Positions 56,523 to 64,000 of a stretch of 64,000 nucleotides of DNA are shown here, piece after piece (within the stretch, counting starts at the first letter, position 1; the number at the start of each line of letters is the position of its first letter). The stretch comes from Acinetobacter phage vB_AbaS_TCUP2199. The stretch lies in sequence record ON323491.1; one strand, given 5' to 3'. The position numbers were made by a program, and so were the translations under genes. A model generated the notes under the pieces. That model had not been told where the DNA came from. It saw only the letters and a list, made by a program, of their open reading frames with translations, and searched no databases.

Positions 56523-57041
56523 TCAAACGTTTACGTGATAAAACTCAGGTGGATAATATCCGCGTGGCGGGAATCGCTGAGCTAAGTTATCGCCTAAACG
56601 ACGTAAAGTTAAACTTACCTTGGTACTAATCATTGGAATTTGATAGACCTTCCAAATATCAGTACGTACAACTTTACCAGTAGTTTCTGAACCATATTCA
56701 GCTTCAATCTGGTAACGAGTTATTAAGGCACCTTCTAAACGACCAGAGACAGCCAGTTTGTTGAACATGGAGTCTGGGTTTGATAAATCAATGTTTGGTC
56801 GGCTCTTTTCATCCGATTGGGTTAATAAATCACCAGTGATTGAGAAATCTAAATAGACATAAGTTTCATCTAAATATTTAAACTCAAACTGGTCACAAAT
56901 TAAAATTTGTTGACCATCAACAGTTTTGATCTTCAACAAATTAATCGTGGTTTTTTGCTGCAGGGAATTGACCTGCAACAAATCTAATTCAGAATCAGCC
57001 ATTAATGTCTTTCTCCTGTAGGGTTTGGAATGGAGTTTCAA
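56523..57041 (-). CDS. Minor tail protein (gpL/M-like by position)
   Basis: Listed ORF. Alternative start at 57002 (ATG, GGAG RBS) gives an 8-nt overlap with the upstream gene. Confidence 0.5.
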   Translation of the reverse strand: MKLHSKPYRRKTLMADSELDLLQVNSLQQKTTINLLKIKTVDGQQILICDQFEFKYLDETYVYLDFSITGDLLTQSDEKSRPNIDLSNPDSMFNKLAVSGRLEGALITRYQIEAEYGSETTGKVVRTDIWKVYQIPMISTKVSLTLRRLGDNLAQRFPPRGYYPPEFYHVNV

Positions 57042-57882
57042 TCAATGTTAATTCAATTGTTGGCAGTATGCCAGAATTAGCTGCTGGCTTAGTTAAGGTT
57101 AATGGCTCCTTAAAACGTACAGGAATAATTTCGTCGGCATATTTCCAGTTAAACACAGTTTTTAAACGGTTCTGGATGTAAAAAATTTCCAGTAAAGCAG
57201 CATTACGTTCAGGCCAGTAGCTCAAACTGATCTCATCGTTTGGAGTGAGAAAATACTGCAGACCTTCAATGTGAACTTTAATGGTCCGTAAAGCTGGCTT
57301 ATTATCTTTGAAAATCATGTTGTAATTACCGCCCAAAGGGGTAATCAACGTATCTTCACGATATTCCATTTCTACGTCATAGAAACCACAAGGGAAAGCA
57401 ATTTTTCCAGTCAGGTCTTCGTTTTGATCAAAATAAAAATCCGTGTCAATGATTTCAATCAAGGTAACATTTAAACCCTGAATGGTTTGACTGTTTGGAT
57501 TTTTCTTAGGTAAAACGATTGGCCGTGCAAAACGTACTTTTAAATCACCATACACAGGATGTGGATAAACAAAAGCTTTGTGCAAGCCATGCTCTAAGTA
57601 AAAGGTTTGCAGTTTGGCATAGTTATATTCATCTGGGCAAGTTGTCTCTACACCACCATTATAAAATAAGGTTGGAAATTCCAGTTCAAAAGTACGCAAG
57701 GGCTTTACTGTCTGTGAAAAGACATACTCTTGGGTACTGTTGTTTTTTACACTGGCATGAGTAAACGGCTCTTGATAAGCCGTTCCAAAATTATGACAAT
57801 CCCAGATAAACCGTTTAAGGGTAGGGTCAGTAATGACCCGCCCCTTAAAGTTTTGGCTGAAATCAAAAGTTTTAATAGCCAT
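56995..57882 (-). CDS. Minor tail protein (distal tail / gpM-like by position)
   Basis: Directly downstream of the TMP gene. Confidence 0.5.
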   Translation of the reverse strand: MAIKTFDFSQNFKGRVITDPTLKRFIWDCHNFGTAYQEPFTHASVKNNSTQEYVFSQTVKPLRTFELEFPTLFYNGGVETTCPDEYNYAKLQTFYLEHGLHKAFVYPHPVYGDLKVRFARPIVLPKKNPNSQTIQGLNVTLIEIIDTDFYFDQNEDLTGKIAFPCGFYDVEMEYREDTLITPLGGNYNMIFKDNKPALRTIKVHIEGLQYFLTPNDEISLSYWPERNAALLEIFYIQNRLKTVFNWKYADEIIPVRFKEPLTLTKPAANSGILPTIELTLIETPFQTLQEKDING

Positions 57883-57883
57883 A

Positions 57884-60800
57884 TTATTCGTTCACAATTT
57901 GCTTAATCAGGGTTTTCAACTCACCACTTCGGGTTAAGTTGTCTGCCACAGCTACAACCACATCATTCTTGTTTAAAGACTGAGGTACACTGTTTTGAGT
58001 AACAACGTAAACATTGGTGTTGCTCGGTGGTCGCGGTGGCGCTTCTTGCTTCATAGAAACATTATACTTAGTATTTAACGTACCTGCTGGGTCAGCCCGT
58101 AAATTTTCTAAGAAACCTAAACCTACCGTATCTGTCACACTGCTTGGTAATACATACTCATCCTTAGACAACAAGGTTGGTAAGGTATCAACATTTGGTG
58201 CGCCATAACCTTTTACTAGGCCACCTTCACTGTACATGCCCCACGAACCACCTGACGGTAAGTTGTAGTTCATCGTTGCAGAAGGTGTTGCTGCAGATCG
58301 GCTTAAAGCGTCTGCTGCAGTTACTGTACCTGCCGCTGCTGCACCAGCACCGCCAAAGTAAGCTGAACCGATAGCAGCACCAATCTGGATAACTGAGCGT
58401 AACCAGCCAAATTTATCTTTAGGCTGTTCAGGTGCAGAGTATGCATTCTGACCAATTCGTGTTGCCGATGCTGTACCTAACGCTTTTGCAATACCTTGGC
58501 CGATGCCTGTGCCACCAATTAGGCCACCGTTACCTTCCTCGCCAAACAATGCGCCAGTAACTAACTGCATAAACTGCTGAGCAATGCGGTCAGTAACAAT
58601 CTTCATCATGGTTTGTAAGATGCTATAACCAAATGCTTTGAAAGCTTCTTTTGATTCACGGGAACCGCCAACCAAAATTTTAAAAAAGTCGTCAAAGCTA
58701 TCGGAAGCTTCCCAAGCTGTACTGATCAACTGGTTGAAAGCACCCTGAACACTGCCCAAGACATTTTCAACGTCAGCATATTTCTGGTTTTCTGAATCCA
58801 TTTGACGTTGGTTTTTACCCACAATCGCACGGACAGTCTCACCGATACCAAATTGGCTTGGACGGAAATTACCATCAAGTTCTTTAAGCTTTTGCTCAGT
58901 TTCACGAAGCTTAGTTTTCCATTCGATAAGGTCAGCACTTTGTTTAGTTAAATCTTCTGTCAGCTTGGTTTGCTGCTTTTTAATTTCAGTAATAGTTGCT
59001 TCGCTAATTTCCTTATCACTAATTGTCTGAGCATTTTCAATCAACTTAGCAGAAATGGCCTCTTGCTGCGCTTGTGCTTCTGCAATTTTGGCCGTGATCT
59101 CAGAAATAGCATCATTGTAAACCACACGACGAACTTCTAGGTCATTCAATTCAACTTGGTTTTGAGCTTCTAAACCAGCTTGGCTAATTTTGTAGCTCAG
59201 GTCTTCACGTTGAATATCTGAATATTTATCCTTGTATCGTGGGTCATCCATCAATGCACGTTTAGCTTGCATTTCACCGATGCCAGCTTGGTCCTGTACT
59301 TCCCAAGTGTTCACCTGTTTCTGGAAGTCCAAACCTTGAAGGCTATCTTTCACACGGTTGTTGGTTTCAGCAATAGAGTTATTGATGTTATCAAGGAACT
59401 CTTTATTTTGCTTTTTGATGATTTCGGCATACGAAGTAGCTGCGTCTTTCAACCATTTCTTTCTACGTGTGTCAATATCCAGCTTCAAGTTTTCAGTGTC
59501 AGTTTTCAACTTCAAGTCTGCAGACATAACCACGTAGTTGCCCAATACCTTGTTTTGTGCGCTGTAAGTTACAGCATCAAACTTGGTAAGGTCAGCAGTC
59601 ATCTTAATTTCTTGTTCTTTCAAGTCTTTCAACTGATCAAACAATTTTGCAGCTTCCACAGTTTGCTTGTAATCATCACCGTCACGAATGTCTTTTACAT
59701 TCTTCAACTGTTGTTCAACAGATGAGATTTGAGCTTTGATTTCATCCAAACCATATTGTTTAGCTTCACGCTCACGTTTACGTTCTTCGGTGTCTTTAGC
59801 TTGGGCAGACTGAATCGCATTGTTAGTCTGACTTTGTAAAGAATCCATTTCCCGCTGGAAAGCCTGAACACGTGTAGTCAAGGTGTCATACTCACGCTTT
59901 TCAGCAGGTGACAACTTGTTCACGTCTTTACTGCCATACTTGGTTTCTAACAAGTTAGCATCGTTTTCCTGTAAACCTTTTAAGCGTTCCAAGATAGCCA
60001 AATCGGTTTTGATATTGTCTGGTACTTCTACTTCACCAGCCAGTTGGAATCGACCACCAGTTTTGCTTACATTTGCGTAGTTCGCTGCAATCTTAGAAAC
60101 GTACTGGCTTGATTCCTGATAACGAGCCTTGGCACCTTTACCATTCTTGTAATTTCTTAAATCACCAGAACCCATGTAGTAAGCACGGAACGCATCTTCA
60201 TAGTTGCCAAACTCTTTATATTTTTGAGCAATGTACTTGGCACCAGCCATGATGTTGTTTTCATCATTGCCAACGATGCTGTTGTAGTTAAAGCCAGCAT
60301 CTTGAGCTGCCGCACGGGTAACTTGCATTACACCAACTGCAGATGTGGTGATTGGTTTACCGTTAGCATCATACTTACCAGTTTTGCCAAGTACAGTGCT
60401 TGAACCCAAGCTTGACTCAGTGATACTTTGTGCAACCAAAAATTCAACAGGCACACCAGTTGCTGCCGAAGCTTTCTTGAAAGCTGGCATCAAATCTTTG
60501 AGACGCTGTTGCTGAGCCAAAGTCAATGGTTTAGCAGATGCACCAGTCATGTTCACCATGTTGCCCATGTTCGCATTAGCTGGGATACGGCCTGTACGAC
60601 GCATGTTCAAAATGTCAGCTTGAACAGTGTTCTGCGCTGATTGAACATTACGCTGGTTTTCAGTCATATCCTGTTGGCTAAGGGTAGAACTGAATCGGTT
60701 GATCAGGTTCGTATAATCCTTAAAGCCATTCATCATGTTATTGATGCTGGCAATGGTAGTACGAGCATTGGCTTTTTGTTCTGGCGTAGTACGGCTATCA

Positions 60801-63800
60801 GAAACTCGATTCTGGTATTGTTTACGCGCACCATTAATAATGGTGTTGAACTCATTGACTTTTGCTTTGATCTTTGGTAAAGCTTCACGCGCTTCATCTG
60901 GTGTCATATCATTCAAGGTCATTGCTGCCTGAGTGATACTGTTCGCCAAGTTTTGAATCGCTTGGGCGCTTCCTGTACCGCCATTTGCTTTATTGGCTTG
61001 AGAAATTGCTGTAAAGAACTCTAAACCTGACGGGTTAGGGTCACCACCTAAACCACCACCGATTAAACCTCTTGCACTTACACCATATTTAGCATAAGGG
61101 TTAGCAGGCTTAACAGCTTGACTTAAATTATTGAAATCATAGACTTTTCCGAAGTTATTCTTGCTGACACTGTTAGGGCCAAAGAAGTCGCCACGGTCCT
61201 GTAATTCCTTACCTTTCAACTGAGCTGTGATGTACGCTAAGTTTTGAAGCTCAGCAATCTGGTTGTCCAGATTCATCACCAATTCTTTACCTAAAGCTAG
61301 GCGTAATTCTTCCCAACCCAAGCGGACCGACTCAATATTATTTTTTAAGTCTGTGCCAAGGGTAATACCAAGCTCAGATGCTCGGTCTTTTAACTTAGCC
61401 ATTTCTACAGCAACTGCTGCAGGGTCATCTTTTAATGACTCAAAACGTGACTCAAGAGAAACGATTTTCTTATCAGTCTCTTGGATTTCATTTTGGGTGT
61501 TAGAAATCGCATCGTTCAAGTTGTTGACCGATGTTTTGGTGGCTTCCATACTGATCTTCAAATCTTCATTTGAATCACTGAATGCTTTGAATGCCAAAAT
61601 ACCCGCTGAAACGAGAGCTGTGATAATTGCCAACTGAGGTGCAGTCAACATCATGGCTGCTCGTAAAGCAGTCATTGCTGTGGTTGCGCCACCTGCAGCT
61701 ACACCGCTTGCAGTTGTAGCTGCAGTCATAACTGCAGAAGCTGCCGCTGCTTTACGGTAAATATCGGCCAAAGCAATCACGGCACCGATTGAACTACGGA
61801 TAATTAAGATACCAGTTGTCAAGGCCCCAGCCATTACTACCACTTGGGTTGTGTAACGAACCACACCGTTGTCCGTCAATTCACGGAAACCGATGAGCAT
61901 ATCGCCAATGGTACGGACCACATCCGTAAGAGTGTCACGTAAACCAGCACCTGAAACTTCTGCCAAGGCTTTAAACTGGTTCGTCATGCGGTCAGTTTGA
62001 GCTGCCAATGAGTTCATTTGAACTTCGTTAGCATCCATGGCTGCAGTGTTATTATCCAAGTTTGCAGACAAATCATCGTACATTTGCAAGTTGTTAGATA
62101 ATGCTGTATAGAACGCTACCGAACGAACTTCAAATGATTGGTATGCATCTGCAGTGGTAAACCCTGCTTCACGTAAAGTTTTTAACGCACCAACCAAACC
62201 TTTTGTACGAATGTCAACATCTGCAGCACTCAAACCTAGTCGGGTAAGAATGTCTGAGAATTTTTGACTTGGTGCGATAAGGTCTGTCAACAATTGACGG
62301 AAACCAGTACCGAGTGTTGAACCAGATCGTACACCAGCGTTGGCAACGGTAGAGACAGAAGCCAATAATTCTTCAAAATCTAAGCCAGCATCAGATGCAG
62401 CGTTACCCGCGTACTGAACAGCAAGCTGGAATTTTTGAATATCCAACTTAGATAAGTTCATTGCTTGGGTAATTTGGTTCACAATCGTCGGCATGTTTTC
62501 AGCAGACAACTGGAAGGCACCAAGTGATGATGTAGCAATGTCCACCGTTTCTTTTAACGATGAGCCAGTTGCTGTTGCAAGCAAGGTCACTGATTCCAAG
62601 GTCTTTTCAATTTCAGACATTGAGAAACCAGCTTGTGCCAAGCTAGTTGCAGCGTCAGTGATTTCAACCGCTGAGAAGCGAGAGTTTTCCGCTACCTTTA
62701 AGATTGAGCCACTTAATGACTGCATCTGGGTATCAGTCGCTTGCGAAATTGCCTGAGTTTGCTTCAAGGCATTTTCAAAGTCACGCAAGAACTGGTAGCT
62801 GCCAGTAAGCGCACCAATACCAGCACCCAACATGGCAAAGTCACGAAGGAAGCTAATACGGTTCGCTAAACGTGAGCCAGAGATTTCAGACTCTGATTTT
62901 TGTTCAGCTTGTGACTCTTTAATCGCACGGGTACGAGCCTTGATAGCATCAACCTCTTGTTGGTATTTAACCACAAGGTCTGTTGCATCTTTTTTGGCTT
63001 GGGTATTACCCAATTTTTCTGCTTCATACAAAGCTGATTTTGCCTGAGACAAACGCTTGGTCATTGTTACTTGACGAGCGATTAAGTCATCTGGGGCAAG
63101 TTGTGCAATTTTGTCTGCAGATAATGTGTCTACACGCAAGCCACCTTTCAAGGTGTCTTGTAATTTTACATTACGTTGCTGCTCGTCATTGGTTTTACGG
63201 ATAGCTTTTAATTCGTCATCCGTTTGCTTGAGGTTGGTACGCTTCAAGTTAGAAATGGCTTGCAACTTGACACGTTCAGCTTCAAGGTTATCCAAAATTT
63301 TGCTAAGTGAAGCCAATTCCTTGTCACGGGTTTTGCTGTCATCTTGCAAATATGTTTGGGCCATTAAACGGTTGGCTGCAGCAATTTTTTGAGTGTTGGT
63401 CGCTAAAGCCTGCTGAGTGCTACCGCCTGCAATCGGGTCCTTGGAAGGTTGCAAGTTTGCTTTACTCGCCATGAACTGACGAATAGCTTTTTCATCTGCA
63501 GCAGTAGTGTAGTTACGATTCAAACGTGACGAAGCAGCAGCCTGAGTTGCATACTCAGACATTGGTTGACGAAGGAACGCAACAGCAGCTTCATCTTGAA
63601 GACGACGCATAGTTGCCAAGCCTTTCATCTTCACATTCAGATCAGACATGGTTTTCTGATACTGATCTAAAGCTTTGCTGGCTTCCTCAGCTTTTTTAAT
63701 GTCACCCTGTAGACGTGCAGCATTTAAACGAGTATCGAGAACGCTACGAATAACCTTCGGGTCATAATCCTTGAACAATGAGTTCATTGTGTTTGGATTC

Positions 63801-63991
63801 GAGAAACGACGACGGCTCTCCATCAACTGAACGAATTGGTTATCCAGTGATGCTTGGTTAGTTCGGCTGTAAGCTTGACGTTGAATATTGGCAGGTGTAG
63901 TCGTAAGCAAATCAATTTGCTGACGCAACCGTTTGAGAGTTTGTGCATTAAGGGCTGAGTTTTCACCCACACCTTTTTGCATCTTTTGCAT
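57884..63991 (-). CDS. Tail tape-measure protein with an internal lytic transglycosylase (SLT) domain; at least 2035 aa, probably 5'-truncated by the window edge
   Basis: Coiled-coil-rich; SLT motifs ITESSLGSS…VGVMQV…AYYMG at about aa 1150-1290; no in-frame stop before position 64000. Confidence 0.75.
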   Translation of the reverse strand: MQKMQKGVGENSALNAQTLKRLRQQIDLLTTTPANIQRQAYSRTNQASLDNQFVQLMESRRRFSNPNTMNSLFKDYDPKVIRSVLDTRLNAARLQGDIKKAEEASKALDQYQKTMSDLNVKMKGLATMRRLQDEAAVAFLRQPMSEYATQAAASSRLNRNYTTAADEKAIRQFMASKANLQPSKDPIAGGSTQQALATNTQKIAAANRLMAQTYLQDDSKTRDKELASLSKILDNLEAERVKLQAISNLKRTNLKQTDDELKAIRKTNDEQQRNVKLQDTLKGGLRVDTLSADKIAQLAPDDLIARQVTMTKRLSQAKSALYEAEKLGNTQAKKDATDLVVKYQQEVDAIKARTRAIKESQAEQKSESEISGSRLANRISFLRDFAMLGAGIGALTGSYQFLRDFENALKQTQAISQATDTQMQSLSGSILKVAENSRFSAVEITDAATSLAQAGFSMSEIEKTLESVTLLATATGSSLKETVDIATSSLGAFQLSAENMPTIVNQITQAMNLSKLDIQKFQLAVQYAGNAASDAGLDFEELLASVSTVANAGVRSGSTLGTGFRQLLTDLIAPSQKFSDILTRLGLSAADVDIRTKGLVGALKTLREAGFTTADAYQSFEVRSVAFYTALSNNLQMYDDLSANLDNNTAAMDANEVQMNSLAAQTDRMTNQFKALAEVSGAGLRDTLTDVVRTIGDMLIGFRELTDNGVVRYTTQVVVMAGALTTGILIIRSSIGAVIALADIYRKAAAASAVMTAATTASGVAAGGATTAMTALRAAMMLTAPQLAIITALVSAGILAFKAFSDSNEDLKISMEATKTSVNNLNDAISNTQNEIQETDKKIVSLESRFESLKDDPAAVAVEMAKLKDRASELGITLGTDLKNNIESVRLGWEELRLALGKELVMNLDNQIAELQNLAYITAQLKGKELQDRGDFFGPNSVSKNNFGKVYDFNNLSQAVKPANPYAKYGVSARGLIGGGLGGDPNPSGLEFFTAISQANKANGGTGSAQAIQNLANSITQAAMTLNDMTPDEAREALPKIKAKVNEFNTIINGARKQYQNRVSDSRTTPEQKANARTTIASINNMMNGFKDYTNLINRFSSTLSQQDMTENQRNVQSAQNTVQADILNMRRTGRIPANANMGNMVNMTGASAKPLTLAQQQRLKDLMPAFKKASAATGVPVEFLVAQSITESSLGSSTVLGKTGKYDANGKPITTSAVGVMQVTRAAAQDAGFNYNSIVGNDENNIMAGAKYIAQKYKEFGNYEDAFRAYYMGSGDLRNYKNGKGAKARYQESSQYVSKIAANYANVSKTGGRFQLAGEVEVPDNIKTDLAILERLKGLQENDANLLETKYGSKDVNKLSPAEKREYDTLTTRVQAFQREMDSLQSQTNNAIQSAQAKDTEERKREREAKQYGLDEIKAQISSVEQQLKNVKDIRDGDDYKQTVEAAKLFDQLKDLKEQEIKMTADLTKFDAVTYSAQNKVLGNYVVMSADLKLKTDTENLKLDIDTRRKKWLKDAATSYAEIIKKQNKEFLDNINNSIAETNNRVKDSLQGLDFQKQVNTWEVQDQAGIGEMQAKRALMDDPRYKDKYSDIQREDLSYKISQAGLEAQNQVELNDLEVRRVVYNDAISEITAKIAEAQAQQEAISAKLIENAQTISDKEISEATITEIKKQQTKLTEDLTKQSADLIEWKTKLRETEQKLKELDGNFRPSQFGIGETVRAIVGKNQRQMDSENQKYADVENVLGSVQGAFNQLISTAWEASDSFDDFFKILVGGSRESKEAFKAFGYSILQTMMKIVTDRIAQQFMQLVTGALFGEEGNGGLIGGTGIGQGIAKALGTASATRIGQNAYSAPEQPKDKFGWLRSVIQIGAAIGSAYFGGAGAAAAGTVTAADALSRSAATPSATMNYNLPSGGSWGMYSEGGLVKGYGAPNVDTLPTLLSKDEYVLPSSVTDTVGLGFLENLRADPAGTLNTKYNVSMKQEAPPRPPSNTNVYVVTQNSVPQSLNKNDVVVAVADNLTRSGELKTLIKQIVNE
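60120..60540 (-). other. Approximate location of the SLT (family 1 lytic transglycosylase) domain within the TMP
   Basis: Catalytic ES in AQSITESSLG; MQV…AYYMGSG block. Confidence 0.55.
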
Positions 63992-64000
63992 ATCATCATT

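Noticed and set aside
58014-63392. Several + strand ORFs (60-150 aa) inside the tape-measure gene
   Set aside because: They are antisense to a 6-kb continuous ORF with clear domain content. Low-complexity sequences typical of antisense coiled-coil regions.
1-64000. Diversity-generating retroelement acting on the fibre genes
   Set aside because: No reverse transcriptase (YxDD) ORF in the window and no ~100-bp template/variable repeat pair. The only long duplicate is the 46-nt 5' end of the tandem paralogs.
1-64000. CRISPR array or temperate-phage integrase/attP
   Set aside because: No regularly spaced direct repeats and no tyrosine or serine recombinase motif. Gene content (family-A DNA polymerase, RNR, SbcCD) looks virulent. 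The tRNA-like fragments might otherwise have suggested attP.

Overview
This window is dense, AT-rich (~40% GC) tailed-phage DNA with three sections. (1) Positions 1-2650 are mostly non-coding. They contain several families of short GGCC-core repeats, long inverted repeats and an AT-rich core, with only small questionable ORFs; the whole block looks like a regulatory, origin or packaging region. (2) Positions 2.6-50.5 kb are a run of + strand genes. Many small early genes of unknown function (a Fis-type HTH protein, a tandem paralog pair, a Cys-rich miniprotein) are followed by a replication and nucleotide-metabolism set: SF2 helicase, FEN/5'-3' exonuclease, family-A DNA polymerase, DEDDh exonuclease, SbcD/SbcC-like nuclease pair, MazG-like NTP pyrophosphatase, ThyX-like thymidylate synthase, and class I RNR NrdA/NrdB. 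Embedded in this block are a Gly-rich tail-fibre-repeat protein (8.3-9.9 kb), a cassette of three putative receptor-binding proteins that share an N-terminal module (24.4-29.6 kb), a lysis cassette (two membrane proteins plus a PG-binding endolysin), and a ~1.45 kb ORF-free structured region (31.4-32.9 kb) with tRNA T-arm-like motifs and internal repeats. (3) On the - strand (50.5-64.0 kb) lies a lambda/T1-like tail-tip module: a tape-measure protein of more than 2035 aa with a lytic-transglycosylase domain (its start is probably beyond the window edge), minor tail proteins, NlpC/P60 and JAB/MPN domains in separate ORFs (cf. lambda gpK), a gpI-like Ubl-GG protein, a 1129 aa J-like tip protein, and a tail fibre. 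Intrinsic terminators are frequent, including a bidirectional one where the two gene blocks converge. I found no integrase, CRISPR array or reverse transcriptase. All domain calls come from motifs read by eye; no database search was possible.
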